Below are positions 46,211 to 56,720 of a stretch of DNA of 64,000 nt, in pieces (positions within the stretch are counted from its first letter, which is position 1; each line of letters opens with the position of its first letter). Source of the DNA: a virus; the IMG/VR virus record IMGVR_UViG_3300021519_000006, positions 35,939 through 99,938 of that record, one strand, 5' to 3'. Both the position numbers and the translations under genes were made by a program. The notes under the pieces are model-generated. The model was not told the origin of the DNA, did not search any database, and worked only from the letters and a program-made list of their open reading frames with translations.

Positions 46211-46514
46211 CCTTGTTTATCCATTCATCTAACGTTAGGCCTTGCTTTTTGTACTTACGTTGAGCCGCGTTTCTCTCTCGGTGCGACATGCCGCCGAATA
46301 TCCCATGAAGCTCATCGTTAACTATAGCCTCTTTTAGACATTCTTTGCGAACTGGGCAAGGGGCGTTTCCGTCTTTACCCCAACATATCGCCTTAGCCTG
46401 GTCCGCTATTGGTTTGTACAAAGCCTTGTCTCTTGGGGGAAAGAATATCTCTGTATCTACTCCGCGACACTTTGCTTCATATCTCCACGTCCATGCTGGA
46501 TCGTCTGGATTCAT
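46173..46514 (-). CDS. whiB: WhiB-family transcription factor
   Basis: AKC...IC...PCPVRKEC...GIFGG...ER. Confidence 0.9.
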   Translation of the reverse strand: MNPDDPAWTWRYEAKCRGVDTEIFFPPRDKALYKPIADQAKAICWGKDGNAPCPVRKECLKEAIVNDELHGIFGGMSHRERNAAQRKYKKQGLTLDEWINKDGKYRETSHTSE

Positions 46515-46832
46515 TTACTCACCTTTTATTAGGTTTCGAAGTTCGAAAAAGTCCTCCTCTAGTAGAACTACGTAGTTTTCGCCATCAAGATGCAAACCTA
46601 ATACCGGCTTTCGGCTATCAAGAATTGCTTCTGTTGTAATTTTCTTCAAGACTTCTGATTTAATAGTGACAGATTTTTTACCTGTCCACTTGTGCTCAAT
46701 CAAAAGCTCGTCGTTTCTTACATCACCTTTACGAGACCAAAAGGCTCCAGAAGCGGCTGTGCGCGAGCCGTTAATCTTCTTTGCCAATCGCTTTTCATGA
46801 CTTAGCGATTGCTTTTGTCCCTCACTCTTCAT
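46515..46832 (-). CDS. PD-(D/E)xK nuclease / resolvase-like
   Basis: HE, SGA, KGD, IEHK. Confidence 0.7.
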   Translation of the reverse strand: MKSEGQKQSLSHEKRLAKKINGSRTAASGAFWSRKGDVRNDELLIEHKWTGKKSVTIKSEVLKKITTEAILDSRKPVLGLHLDGENYVVLLEEDFFELRNLIKGE

Positions 46833-47880
46833 TGTCTGTATTCAGCAAAATTGCTGGATGAGACTTAAGAGTGTCCATAACAGCAACACTGATCTGTTCA
46901 CGCAGATCAATTTCTTCTCGAAGGGAATCAATAAGAGCCTGGGCTCCGTTCCACTTACGATCACCATAATACAGCCATCCGCCACGGCGTTCAACAATTC
47001 CGTTTAAAATAGATAAAGCAACAATTTCTTTACCCGTGTCATAGTTACCGGCATCTACAGCGCCACCTGGGGCAAAGTAAAAGTCTAGATATGCCGTTTG
47101 TTGCGGTGGGAAGGTTTTGTTTTTGATTGTCCGAACACGAATAGTCTGTCCAACACGGCGCTTATCTTGTCCAGTTCCGACCTCAAGCCACTCATCGCGC
47201 TTGACTTCTGCTCGGATACTATAGGCGTAGTCTTTTCCAAGGCCGCCTGGTGTGGTACGTGGGTCTCCATGCATAACTCCAATTTTCATACGATATTGAT
47301 TAATCATAATTCCAAGGACTGGGCGCTCTACGTCAATAAGATCTCGTTTAGTAGCAGCGGCTACCTTTCTAAAGAACTTATTAGTTAACTGTGCGCCACG
47401 GCCTACAGTAAATTCTTCCATTGTTTTATCATCTTCAGCGCCAGGTACAAGGGCTGGAAGTGAATCGATAACTACTAAATCAACAGATTGGCTTTCCATA
47501 AATTGGATGACCGCATCAAACGCGTGCTCCATGCTATTGGTCTCTACTAGTAGAACACGGCTTGTATCTACTCCGCAAAGCTCTGCGTACTTAGCATCAA
47601 AGTCTTCTGCTGCAATCCATACTGCAGTAAAGTTTGGATCTCTAACCTGATTAGCAGCAATGGTACGTAAAGCAATAGCTGTTTTACCGTGTGAAGCTTC
47701 TCCTACAAGTTCTACCCAACGGTTCATAGGCCAACCCCCACCTAAAACTACGTCAAGGGTTAAAGATCCGGTAGGGATACGGGTAGGAAGTTGAGCTGCT
47801 CCTGCAAGTACAACTGTATTTGCACCAAGTTTTTTGTTAATGCTTGCTGCAATCTTTAATGCTTCTGCGTTCAATGTCAT
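46822..47880 (-). CDS. recA: RecA-family recombinase
   Basis: TGSL.LD..LGGG.P, GEASHGKT, VIDS, INQ.R, PGG, KNK. Confidence 0.93.
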   Translation of the reverse strand: MTLNAEALKIAASINKKLGANTVVLAGAAQLPTRIPTGSLTLDVVLGGGWPMNRWVELVGEASHGKTAIALRTIAANQVRDPNFTAVWIAAEDFDAKYAELCGVDTSRVLLVETNSMEHAFDAVIQFMESQSVDLVVIDSLPALVPGAEDDKTMEEFTVGRGAQLTNKFFRKVAAATKRDLIDVERPVLGIMINQYRMKIGVMHGDPRTTPGGLGKDYAYSIRAEVKRDEWLEVGTGQDKRRVGQTIRVRTIKNKTFPPQQTAYLDFYFAPGGAVDAGNYDTGKEIVALSILNGIVERRGGWLYYGDRKWNGAQALIDSLREEIDLREQISVAVMDTLKSHPAILLNTDNEE

Positions 47881-48266
47881 TATCCGATCCTGTCTACGAT
47901 TACGTTTGGATTAAATCCGCCACCTTGGTTGACTTGTTTTGCTGCAATTGTTGCTCCGCCACCAGCACCGCTAGGCATTCCTGCTCCGCTACCGGCTTGA
48001 ACAATTGGATAACCGCAATCATAGCAACGTTTACGTTGACCTGTTTGCGCCATGTAATTGCCTGACATACAGTTTGGACAACGCTCCGCATCTCTGGCAC
48101 TTACTGCTTTAGAAACAAGTTGATCTGTATCCGGGTTGTATGAAACTCGTGTGTTTGGATCTCCCGGTCGAGGAATATACACCTCGCTAGGTGCTTGTCT
48201 AGTTGGGGGAGTACTGCTTGTAGACGCAGGTTGTCCCAATTTATTAGCCCACCAGTTATTACTCAT
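47880..48266 (-). CDS. Zn-ribbon hypothetical protein
   Basis: CPNC...CYDCG. Confidence 0.7.
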   Translation of the reverse strand: MSNNWWANKLGQPASTSSTPPTRQAPSEVYIPRPGDPNTRVSYNPDTDQLVSKAVSARDAERCPNCMSGNYMAQTGQRKRCYDCGYPIVQAGSGAGMPSGAGGGATIAAKQVNQGGGFNPNVIVDRIG

Positions 48267-48696
48267 GTGATACCACCTTTGATTCGATTAACCCTAAACT
48301 AATTAACGTTGATACGCAAGATACTGAGGAAGCTAAAGACACTAACCTAAATAAACGAGTCATGCCCTCAAGTTCTTCGGCCTCTACTTCGTCCATATTA
48401 TCATCCTCTAATACATACGCTGCTGTTGCAATCTTGGCAGCTATATCTGCGTGGGAGTCGATAAAGGGTAGTAACGCTGAAAATTTATACAACCGCTCTT
48501 CACTTGCACGCTCTTCCATCTCAGATACTTCATTTGAAATAGGGGGCAAGCCCATAGCCATTGCAATGCCCTCCGTAGGAGTTAGCATTGAATCGTAAAT
48601 TACTTGGCGAATAAGAATTGGCAAAGAAACTTGCGTAACAGTTTTAAGTTTCCTCTTTCGTTTCCATTTACTAAACATTACTTTGCCTCTCCCCAA
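48259..48696 (-). CDS. hypothetical protein
   Basis: coupled ORF. Confidence 0.6.
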   Translation of the reverse strand: MGRGKVMFSKWKRKRKLKTVTQVSLPILIRQVIYDSMLTPTEGIAMAMGLPPISNEVSEMEERASEERLYKFSALLPFIDSHADIAAKIATAAYVLEDDNMDEVEAEELEGMTRLFRLVSLASSVSCVSTLISLGLIESKVVSHE

Positions 48697-50654
48697 CGTT
48701 TAACAATCGTTATATCTGCAAGCAGCGGAATACTGAGCGCATTGATACCTTCCATAGCAAGTCTAATCTGTGCTGCAGTCTCTTCTGCCAACTCTGTGGG
48801 AGTTACAGTTACAAGTTCGTCGTGAATTGTAAGGATAAGAGAAGCCTTGTCAGGGATCATCTTGTGGGCCCTAATCATAGCAACTTTGATAAGGTCTGCA
48901 GCAGACCCTTGAATAACGGTGTTAAACGCTTGCCGTTCAGCTCGGGAACGTTTCCAAACTTCGTTAGATCTAAGATCTGGGAGGTACCGGCGACGCTTAA
49001 GCAGGGTGCTAGCAAAAGGTGTCGGGCTTTGGCGTCGGCAGTCACTGACAACCTGTCGCTTATATCGAGCTACCGCGGGAAATTTACGAACAAACTCGTC
49101 TAAAAGAGTACGAGCTTCGGCGAGGGTACAGCCAATAGAGTCCGCAATCTTATCAGGTCCTACACCGTACGCTAGGGAAAGTACAAGAACTTTTCCAGCT
49201 TTACGATCTACGCCCATAGTATTACCAATAGTTGTATAAATGTCTTCACCATTCATGTATGCACCGCACATAATTCTGTCTTGGCTAAACGATGCAATTA
49301 CACGAGGTTCAATCTGAGAATAGTCTGCTACTACTAAAGAATATCCTTCTGGAGCAACAAAAAGATTACGAATTGCTTTACCATTAGCAGTATGCGGAGC
49401 CGGCACATTCTGCAAATTCGGATTACGACTCGAGAATCGGCCGGTCTCCGCACCATACTGTACAAAGTCTGTATGGATGCGGCCCTTAAACAGTAAGCTC
49501 TTCTTAGCTACTGTTTTAGATTTTCCAGATAACGTGCGAGTAATATCTCCACCTAGATATGGAACTACGTAAGTAGTTAAAAGTTTATTTAAATCCGAGT
49601 AATTAGACAAGGCATCAACCAAAGCATCTTTACCCCTAAACATAACCAATGCAGGCTCTGCTACAGAGAAGTCAGACACGGTAGGTTCTACGCCGCTATC
49701 AACACGTTTTTGACCTGCAGGAGTAAGAACCTTGGGGCGCAGACCACGACCGCCTTCACTCTTCTTAGAGAACAAAAGCTTTTGTTTTTCTGGCACGCTG
49801 TTGATATTAAAAGCCTTACCGGCTACCTTGTAGATATCGGCTTTGGTAGTTTCTAACTGGATCTCAAGACTAGCTTTGAGCTTAGTTAGTTCAACAACGT
49901 CAATGTCTGCTCCACGTAGTTCCATATTGCAGATAACATCAAGGACATCCATCTCTAGATTGAAGATCCCACGCAACCCGTCAGAATCTAACTGTGCGGA
50001 TAGTTTGAGCCATAGTTTCCAAGTCCACTCGGCATCTAACGCTGCATAAGTTGCAACCTCAGTAAAGCTGTACTTCTCTACTTCCTTACCAACACCTTTA
50101 ACCATCTCATACCCAAACTCACGCTTAAGGCAGTCATCAAGACCAAGGTTGTTTCTATTTTGACTATCAATAATAAAAGATGCATTAAGCGTGCAAGCAT
50201 AAGGCTGTGCAGGAAGCCCGCCAATGTACTTAGCAACGCTCTGTAGATCAAACTTAAGGTTATGCCCTACCTTAACTTTGTCACCCATTAGAAGAGGCTT
50301 CAAAGCTTTAAAAACCTCACCAGGAGTTAACTGATCTGGAGCCTCGGTAAATACGCGAGTTGCCTTGCGTTCGTCCTTACTGTAATCAGATGCACGCAAA
50401 TCAAGACCCTTCTCTACACGAAGGTGGGCTGAAGGAAGGATTGGATAATCAGTGTGGGTATATTCACCATTTGGATGTCCCATAGGAATCACATCGACTC
50501 GACCATAGGTAGCTAATGAAATCCATACAACAATATTTTGACGTGGATCTCCGCGATGATCTCCAACGGTTTCTACGTCGTAAGCAAAAGAATCTACTGC
50601 GTCATACGCAGCAATAAGTTCATCTAGTTGTTTTTTGGTTGTTACTACGTTCAT
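48678..50654 (-). CDS. polA: family A DNA polymerase with 3'-5' exonuclease
   Basis: DVET, HNLKFD, YAALDA, TGRFSS.NPNLQN, ADYSQIE, QGSAAD, HDE. Confidence 0.95.
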   Translation of the reverse strand: MNVVTTKKQLDELIAAYDAVDSFAYDVETVGDHRGDPRQNIVVWISLATYGRVDVIPMGHPNGEYTHTDYPILPSAHLRVEKGLDLRASDYSKDERKATRVFTEAPDQLTPGEVFKALKPLLMGDKVKVGHNLKFDLQSVAKYIGGLPAQPYACTLNASFIIDSQNRNNLGLDDCLKREFGYEMVKGVGKEVEKYSFTEVATYAALDAEWTWKLWLKLSAQLDSDGLRGIFNLEMDVLDVICNMELRGADIDVVELTKLKASLEIQLETTKADIYKVAGKAFNINSVPEKQKLLFSKKSEGGRGLRPKVLTPAGQKRVDSGVEPTVSDFSVAEPALVMFRGKDALVDALSNYSDLNKLLTTYVVPYLGGDITRTLSGKSKTVAKKSLLFKGRIHTDFVQYGAETGRFSSRNPNLQNVPAPHTANGKAIRNLFVAPEGYSLVVADYSQIEPRVIASFSQDRIMCGAYMNGEDIYTTIGNTMGVDRKAGKVLVLSLAYGVGPDKIADSIGCTLAEARTLLDEFVRKFPAVARYKRQVVSDCRRQSPTPFASTLLKRRRYLPDLRSNEVWKRSRAERQAFNTVIQGSAADLIKVAMIRAHKMIPDKASLILTIHDELVTVTPTELAEETAAQIRLAMEGINALSIPLLADITIVKRWGEAK

Positions 50655-50733
50655 ACATGCTCCTGATGTTAGAGGTCGGAGGGCCAGGAAGAGAAAGGAG
50701 GTAAAAGACCTGGCCCTCCAACATTAATGGGAA

Positions 50734-51468
50734 TTAATTTGCTGCTGCAATTTCACGAGCAATTTCGGCGAGTTCCGCATTGGTAGAGGTGTGAAGTGCC
50801 TCTGGTCCAAGTGGTTTCATTTCCTTAGTTGCTGCAGATACTGCAACAGGATCAATTTCCCAATCCTCTAGCAAATCACGCTCTTTTACGGGCATGATTG
50901 AGTATGAAGTTTTTGTACCGGTGCCAGACTTGCTAACAGCCCAGTAAAGATCAGAACGGTTAAGTGGGCCGGTCTTCTTGTCAGAAGCCAACTTCTCTAA
51001 CTGTCCGCATAGACGTACGCCAACAACCATCAACTGTAGTTGTGGATCTTCGTCTGAAAGGTTAAGTACTGTGAATGCAAACTTTTGATCAGGCTTGCTT
51101 CCAACTGCGATAAGCGGATCGTTTTCGCCAGTACTGATGAAGGATTTCTTTCCTGGGCGATTAACCCAGTGCTGCATAAATGAGAGTGGGTCAGATGAGA
51201 TGAACTTAATAAGCTGAACGTCTTCATCGAAACGGAAGTCAGTTGCAAATGTTTTGCTTGACTTTGCTACAGCCTTCTTTGCTGCTGCCCAACCTGATTG
51301 AATTGATGAGGAACGCTCAGCGGCCTCATTCTCGTTTTCTTGTTCGAACTCTTCTACTAGAAGCTCTTCAGCTTCTACTACAGGAGTTGTATCGACGTAT
51401 GAATCAAGGTTTGGTGCTTCTTTAGCAACCTTGAATGGATTTGTTACTGCGGTTTGTTGAACGCTCAT
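50734..51468 (-). CDS. probable ssDNA-binding protein
   Basis: position in replication block; QHW, KSGTG.KTSY motifs. Confidence 0.5.
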   Translation of the reverse strand: MSVQQTAVTNPFKVAKEAPNLDSYVDTTPVVEAEELLVEEFEQENENEAAERSSSIQSGWAAAKKAVAKSSKTFATDFRFDEDVQLIKFISSDPLSFMQHWVNRPGKKSFISTGENDPLIAVGSKPDQKFAFTVLNLSDEDPQLQLMVVGVRLCGQLEKLASDKKTGPLNRSDLYWAVSKSGTGTKTSYSIMPVKERDLLEDWEIDPVAVSAATKEMKPLGPEALHTSTNAELAEIAREIAAAN

Positions 51469-51506
51469 GCGAGTGTTCCTCTCTTAGCCATAGCCATAGG
51501 TAGTAG

Positions 51507-51977
51507 TTAGTTTGTTTCTTCATTGTGGATCCTAGTCCATTTCTCCACTAATTCAAAGGAGAGATCTGGATGTCGATTCCAATCAATCCGCGGAGCTTCT
51601 AAAAGCCCTCTAGATTGAAATGACTCAATAGTTGCTTCGACAATAGCTTTGCTGTACATCCGCCATCCGGGCTTCTTTACACCATTAACCATCATTGACT
51701 TTAAGCGATAGGGTGCACGTGGTATATAACCTTTTCGTTCCCAAAGCCTCAAAGTAACTAGCGGTCTGTTTAGAGCAAGAGCCATAGCTCCTGCACTGAA
51801 CAATTCTAGCACCTTTCCGTTAGGTAAAGTTTTTACCTGGGGAGTTGAATCCCACGAGCCGGGTGTAGAAACTTCTCTTTTCTTTGCATTTGGATCTGGA
51901 GCGCGACGTTTCCGTTTTGATCCCGGGTAGTACTCTTCCAGGTCTCCGAAGAGTTTGTCAAATGCATCGTCTTTCAT
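51507..51977 (-). CDS. MerR-like HTH DNA-binding protein
   Basis: A.ALNR..VTLRLWE.KG.IP...R.YS. Confidence 0.75.
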   Translation of the reverse strand: MKDDAFDKLFGDLEEYYPGSKRKRRAPDPNAKKREVSTPGSWDSTPQVKTLPNGKVLELFSAGAMALALNRPLVTLRLWERKGYIPRAPYRLKSMMVNGVKKPGWRMYSKAIVEATIESFQSRGLLEAPRIDWNRHPDLSFELVEKWTRIHNEETN

Positions 51978-51979
51978 AG

Positions 51980-52414
51980 TTAGCTCTTACTTGGTACAAA
52001 CGCCCAGGTAATGCTCTTTGGATACATAAGGTCAATCTCTTCTTCTGTGAGTAGACCTTCGTATAGACAAGCCATTACTTCATCTTCTTGAAGTACAGGC
52101 ATCTGTGTGTAGCAACGAGTATCTAAACCCTTTGCCTTAAGTAAGTTTTCTGCAGCCTCTGCATCTAGGCGCTGTGAGATTCTTTTCTGTCGTTGTAGTG
52201 ACCGGTAACCATCAATTTCTTCTGGTAAAGGTAACCATAAATGGCCTTTGTCATCTGGCTCACCGGTTTCATCAACTAAATCAGAAAGTTCTGTTTTGAT
52301 TACACTTTGTTCTTTTGATAAATCGTCAATTTGACGCTTAAGAGTTATAAATTTACGAACCTGTGCAACAAGTCCTGTTTCTGGCGTACGTGCTGGTGGA
52401 ATAATTTTTGGCAT
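51980..52414 (-). CDS. hypothetical protein
   Basis: 144-aa ORF, AAGGAGG SD. Confidence 0.65.
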   Translation of the reverse strand: MPKIIPPARTPETGLVAQVRKFITLKRQIDDLSKEQSVIKTELSDLVDETGEPDDKGHLWLPLPEEIDGYRSLQRQKRISQRLDAEAAENLLKAKGLDTRCYTQMPVLQEDEVMACLYEGLLTEEEIDLMYPKSITWAFVPSKS

Positions 52415-52470
52415 ATTTTGCCCTCCTTAAAACCAAACTCTATACCACGCCACTGACATGATGCAACTTG

Positions 52471-52542
52471 CTGACCCTCCTGGATTCGAACCAGGGACCT
52501 AGAAGTTAACAGCTTCCCGCTCTGCCGCTGAGCTAAGGGCCA
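52471..52542 (-). tRNA. trnN: tRNA-Asn(GTT), CCA not encoded
   Basis: full cloverleaf: TGGCCCT/AGGGTCA, GCTC/GAGC, GGAAG-CTGTTAA-CTTCT, CCTGG-TTCGAAT-CCAGG. Confidence 0.93.
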
Positions 52543-52550
52543 AATCCCAA

Positions 52551-53042
52551 TTACGAGATTTTGATTACTTTTGGCTTCTTCTCTTCAGGAAGTTCCTGAC
52601 GTAGAAGGATCCTAAGCATACCGTCTTTCATCTCAGCACCGTCAACTACAACGTACTCAGCTAAGCAAAAATCTTGCTTGAAGTCTCTAGATGCAATACC
52701 TTTATGAACATAGTTATCCACAGACGGAAGGGCAGAGCCTTCTACGGTCAGTGTTAGTTCTTTAATAGAGATTTTGATGTCTTCTTTAGCAAACCCAGCT
52801 GCAGCGATCTCCAAGACATAGTTATCCTTAGTCTTAAAAATGTTATACGGTGGGTAAGAAGTTAGCTTTGATTCTGATGAAATTGCTTTTAGTGTTTCAA
52901 GCAAGGGGTCAAATCCAATAGCCCAACGGTCAAAATTTGGGAATAAAGTTTGGATTGTCATTGGCCGTGAAACTGTGGCCATTCTTTCTTTGCTAGTCCA
53001 GTCGTGATCTGGGTAGCCTTTTCCAGCAGGCATAATAGCCAT
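52551..53042 (-). CDS. small heat-shock protein Hsp20
   Basis: YPPYNI, AAAGF, HKGIA.R.F, A.MKDGML.I. Confidence 0.92.
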   Translation of the reverse strand: MAIMPAGKGYPDHDWTSKERMATVSRPMTIQTLFPNFDRWAIGFDPLLETLKAISSESKLTSYPPYNIFKTKDNYVLEIAAAGFAKEDIKISIKELTLTVEGSALPSVDNYVHKGIASRDFKQDFCLAEYVVVDGAEMKDGMLRILLRQELPEEKKPKVIKIS

Positions 53043-53122
53043 AATTATCTCCTTAGACGATAACTAGTAGAGACCCCCCGTTGTTGGGCAGGTCTTAGGG
53101 TAGAACAAGTGTATCCCGGAAT

Positions 53123-53266
53123 TTATTCCGAGATGTATGCCTTTAACGCCTCAATGATGACGTCTGTTACGGTACGGCCCTCAATGGCGGCCTTTTCTTT
53201 AACGGCAGCCCAAAGGTCTGCGGAGACACGGATCGTACGTGTCGGAGTCTTAGGTGCATTAGGCAT
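53123..53266 (-). CDS. 47-aa ribbon-helix-helix protein (absent from track)
   Basis: TRTIRVSADLW...KAAIEGRTVTDVIIEAL. Confidence 0.75.
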   Translation of the reverse strand: MPNAPKTPTRTIRVSADLWAAVKEKAAIEGRTVTDVIIEALKAYISE

Positions 53267-53275
53267 CCTATAAGT

Positions 53276-54838
53276 TTAAACTGTAATGTTACTTAGAAAA
53301 GCCCTAAGTGTACCTACGTTTAATTCAACCCCACCTTGAGCATTAATGCCCTCACCGTCGATTACAGCGTTTGCTACAGCCATTTTCTGGACCAACATAG
53401 AGTGTTGACGTTCCTCAATTGAGCCATCCATAAGAAAATCTTGGATCACAATTGAAGGCCATGTGCTGGATGCTCTTCGGATTCGTCCATTACGTTGAAG
53501 TGCAAGTCCTGCATTCCACGGAAGGTCATAATTGATAAGAAGATTAGCCTGAGGCAAATCCACACCATACCCACCGGCATCAGAACTAACAAGAATACGA
53601 CAACTTGGATCAGTTTGGAAAGTAACCTTTGCAGTCTCTTTATCTTTAGCATTCATTACTCCCGTATACGGACGGCTTTCATAACTTAATGAGTCTCTAA
53701 TCATATCAACCATGTGCACGTAACTTGTAAAGATAACAACTTTGTTTCGATCATCCGACTCTAGGAAGTTGTTGACATATTCCTTAAGTGCGGAAAGCTT
53801 TGGTGCTTTGTTTACCTTATCAAGGCGTCCTGCAGTAGATAGTTCTTCAACGTACCCCGACGTAGAGATTGAGAACTGTAGTAGCTCAGGATTATCGCAG
53901 AGCATACGTAAAGCAGTTAGCTTTGACATTATCCGGCCACGTAGCGCGTCGGCCCCATCCCATTGGTCTGCTTGACCGTAGTGCGAAAAAATATCAAAAG
54001 ATGCTCCATAAGAGTCAACCGCTTCATCAAGATCAGTCAAGATCTCATTGGCAATTGATTTATACAACTTAGCCCCTGCTGAATCAAATTCTACCAAAAT
54101 GGGCTCCGCGAAAATGGTTTCGGGAAGGAAGGGTGCGACGTCTGCATCTGTTTGACGTTTGCGAACGCATGCTTTACTAAGTGTTTTATTTAGTACTGGT
54201 AGGTTGCGATAACGCTCTACACCACCAAAGCGGTTGCGCACAATAAAAGTTGAATCAAATAAATCAAAGCGCCCCAAGACCTTAGGGTCTACAAACTGCA
54301 TAATTGAGAAAAGCTCTTCCGGCTTACCATTTTCAACGGGTGTGCCGGTTAGAGCAAATTTATATGGGCTACTTAATTTTTTAACGTATTTAGATCTTTT
54401 AGATCTAAAGCTTTTGATTGCGGTTGCTTCGTCGCAGACAATGAATCCCGTAGAGAGTTGTCGTACATACTCCCAGTCGTTAACAACTTGCTCGTAGTTA
54501 ATAATGACGTAATCAACAAGCGAATGCCCCCAGTCGATTGCCTCGGCGTATTGCGCTGCGCGTTGCTTCGGCGTACCGTCAATGACCAAAGGTGTTGAAG
54601 ACTCATCTGTAAACTTTCTGATTTGTTCCGCCCACTGATATTTAAGGCTGGAAAGACAGATAATGATACCAGGCTCCCGGATTGAACCACTGTCCATCAG
54701 CGATTCGAGCGCAGCAATCGTTAATACAGTCTTTCCTAGCCCTAAATCATAGGCAACCAACATTTTTCCGCGTTCGACCATGGCGTCGACGGCTTCCGGT
54801 TGGTAGGGAAGTAACGTTCCTGTAAAAGTCATTTCCAA
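53276..54838 (-). CDS. SNF2-family helicase
   Basis: DLGLGKT, DEA, LTGTP, G.DL, YDLPWN, QRNGR. Confidence 0.9.
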   Translation of the reverse strand: MEMTFTGTLLPYQPEAVDAMVERGKMLVAYDLGLGKTVLTIAALESLMDSGSIREPGIIICLSSLKYQWAEQIRKFTDESSTPLVIDGTPKQRAAQYAEAIDWGHSLVDYVIINYEQVVNDWEYVRQLSTGFIVCDEATAIKSFRSKRSKYVKKLSSPYKFALTGTPVENGKPEELFSIMQFVDPKVLGRFDLFDSTFIVRNRFGGVERYRNLPVLNKTLSKACVRKRQTDADVAPFLPETIFAEPILVEFDSAGAKLYKSIANEILTDLDEAVDSYGASFDIFSHYGQADQWDGADALRGRIMSKLTALRMLCDNPELLQFSISTSGYVEELSTAGRLDKVNKAPKLSALKEYVNNFLESDDRNKVVIFTSYVHMVDMIRDSLSYESRPYTGVMNAKDKETAKVTFQTDPSCRILVSSDAGGYGVDLPQANLLINYDLPWNAGLALQRNGRIRRASSTWPSIVIQDFLMDGSIEERQHSMLVQKMAVANAVIDGEGINAQGGVELNVGTLRAFLSNITV

Positions 54839-55215
54839 CCACGCTGTTGTCGGTATTTTTGGCTTTTATACACGTTTGAGTGTAAATTTCTTGCTTTACG
54901 ACTAATTCTAATAGCGTCTCTAGTAGCGTAATGCAATCCCTTTTTTTGGTATTTTGGAGTTTTGTGTAAAGTATGAACTGCTTGATGGCAGTCTGGACAA
55001 AGTAAAATTAAATCTGTTAGTTTTTCTACACCTAAATTTTTATAAGTCTTGTGGTGCATATGAAACCCCGATTTTTTTGGCACGTCGCATCCCCAACAAA
55101 ATTGGGGCAAATTACTTGCAAAATACAATTCTCTTTTTGCACGCCAAGCATTGGACTGGATATATAACCGATACTTTGTACTGGGTAGTGCACCCAATCT
55201 AGGCTTAGAAGCCAT
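54829..55215 (-). CDS. HNH endonuclease
   Basis: CWGC...HHKTY...L..LCPDCH..VH. Confidence 0.85.
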   Translation of the reverse strand: MASKPRLGALPSTKYRLYIQSNAWRAKRELYFASNLPQFCWGCDVPKKSGFHMHHKTYKNLGVEKLTDLILLCPDCHQAVHTLHKTPKYQKKGLHYATRDAIRISRKARNLHSNVYKSQKYRQQRGWK

Positions 55216-56182
55216 AAATAGCCCCCTCTCCAAACACACAGTGCTTAGCATTCTCTAGGCCATATCGTATACGGTCCTCTGTCATATCGCCAACATCTTT
55301 GACGCCAGAGTCTCCGTAATTAAAGAACCAGCATTCCATACCCAAAGACTTAACCTTTGCCAAGATCGCTAGTGCAGCTTTTTTGCCAGCGGCATCGATA
55401 TTAGGGTTATCAAAAGCCATAATTAACCTATCCGCTTTACGAAATAGTTCTACCTGAGCATCGCTGACAACAGCTCCAAAAGTTGATACGCCCTGACTCA
55501 AGTTTACAGCTGCTAATTTTACAACGTCCAAAGGGGACTCGACAATGATCATAGTTCCAGGATTCCAAGCTTCTAACCCGAATAGAGCTGTTGATTTAGC
55601 TACTCCGGTAGGGCGGTTACGAAAAGTTCTATTGGTCTGACCTTTTTCTTGCCAACCAAGTAACTTACCGGTATCTGGATTACGGATAGGAGTAATCCAA
55701 GTCTCTGCACGTTGGTCCCATTTAACTGAATATGTTTTGCACGCTTCGGTGGTTAAGCCCCTTGCATCTAACGCCCATTGGGGAGGTTCAGAATAAACAG
55801 CTAACCGCGCCTCGCTCATCTCAAGGGGGCGAGAGGGAGGGACGTAAGAATCTTTTAATGCCTCAAGTTCCTTTGATAGAAGCTCAAAGTCAATCTCAAC
55901 ATTACTACGTAGCCACGTTTTAGCAGCTTCGTAATCTAAACGTCCCCAGCTAGTCTGAAAATCCTGAACCTCCGCAACGAGCGTCAGGAGCGTGCCTTTG
56001 TATCCACAGGAGAAGCAATGGTGGACACCGGTTTCTAGGTTGATAGACCACGAAGGGTTATGGTCTTCTTGCCCAGTACGTTCTAGGTGCATAGGGCAAA
56101 TACCCATCAACTCACTATTGCGTTGATCGGTTGGAATGCCTAAGCGCAGAAGTGCTTTCTGCACGTCCCCTTCTCTATACAT
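55205..56182 (-). CDS. dnaG: DNA primase (CHC2 Zn finger plus TOPRIM)
   Basis: CPMH...CFSC; VESPLD; FDN.D.AG; KDVGD. Confidence 0.88.
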   Translation of the reverse strand: MYREGDVQKALLRLGIPTDQRNSELMGICPMHLERTGQEDHNPSWSINLETGVHHCFSCGYKGTLLTLVAEVQDFQTSWGRLDYEAAKTWLRSNVEIDFELLSKELEALKDSYVPPSRPLEMSEARLAVYSEPPQWALDARGLTTEACKTYSVKWDQRAETWITPIRNPDTGKLLGWQEKGQTNRTFRNRPTGVAKSTALFGLEAWNPGTMIIVESPLDVVKLAAVNLSQGVSTFGAVVSDAQVELFRKADRLIMAFDNPNIDAAGKKAALAILAKVKSLGMECWFFNYGDSGVKDVGDMTEDRIRYGLENAKHCVFGEGAIYGF

Positions 56183-56437
56183 TTAATTCCTTTTTGGTCC
56201 AACTATAAAATCACCGGCAACATGCCGAGCAATTTCTAAATAAATCTCTGCGTTAGAAAACAAATCTTCTGGGTGATAAAGCTCATCAGGTTTACATCCC
56301 CAATTATGCTTTAAATACTCCTTAAGACCCGGAACCAATGCATCCACAAATTCACCCGGCGTCATGTAGCCGTGTGCACGCAGATCTTCTTCTCTAGTCT
56401 TCTTCTTCGCCATCGTATTCCTCCTTAGGACGATCAT
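56183..56437 (-). CDS. hypothetical protein
   Basis: ORF in coupled run. Confidence 0.55.
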   Translation of the reverse strand: MIVLRRNTMAKKKTREEDLRAHGYMTPGEFVDALVPGLKEYLKHNWGCKPDELYHPEDLFSNAEIYLEIARHVAGDFIVGPKRN

Positions 56438-56720
56438 CCATCATTACGTAGTCTTCCGGCATATCCGGCAAAGTTGGCGCTGTAGCCATAGACCCACACT
56501 CAGCACACTCCATGTCTAAAAAATACATAGAAATTTCGTAGTCTTGAAACATAGCCTTTATATCCCACAAAGTAGATCCACAAACACATACGTGTGTAGG
56601 TTCTCCTCTAAGGTCCATAGCGTTCTCATAACTTGGTTTTAAATCTTTAATTTCTTTCATATTGATACCTTCTTCCGGCGACGCATGTTGCGACGCTCTC
56701 TGGGAGTTGTAGCTCCCCAA
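56394..56720 (-). CDS. Zn-ribbon hypothetical protein
   Basis: DLRG.PTHVC.CG...CAECG; likely start MKEIK. Confidence 0.65.
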   Translation of the reverse strand: MGSYNSQRASQHASPEEGINMKEIKDLKPSYENAMDLRGEPTHVCVCGSTLWDIKAMFQDYEISMYFLDMECAECGSMATAPTLPDMPEDYVMMDDRPKEEYDGEEED

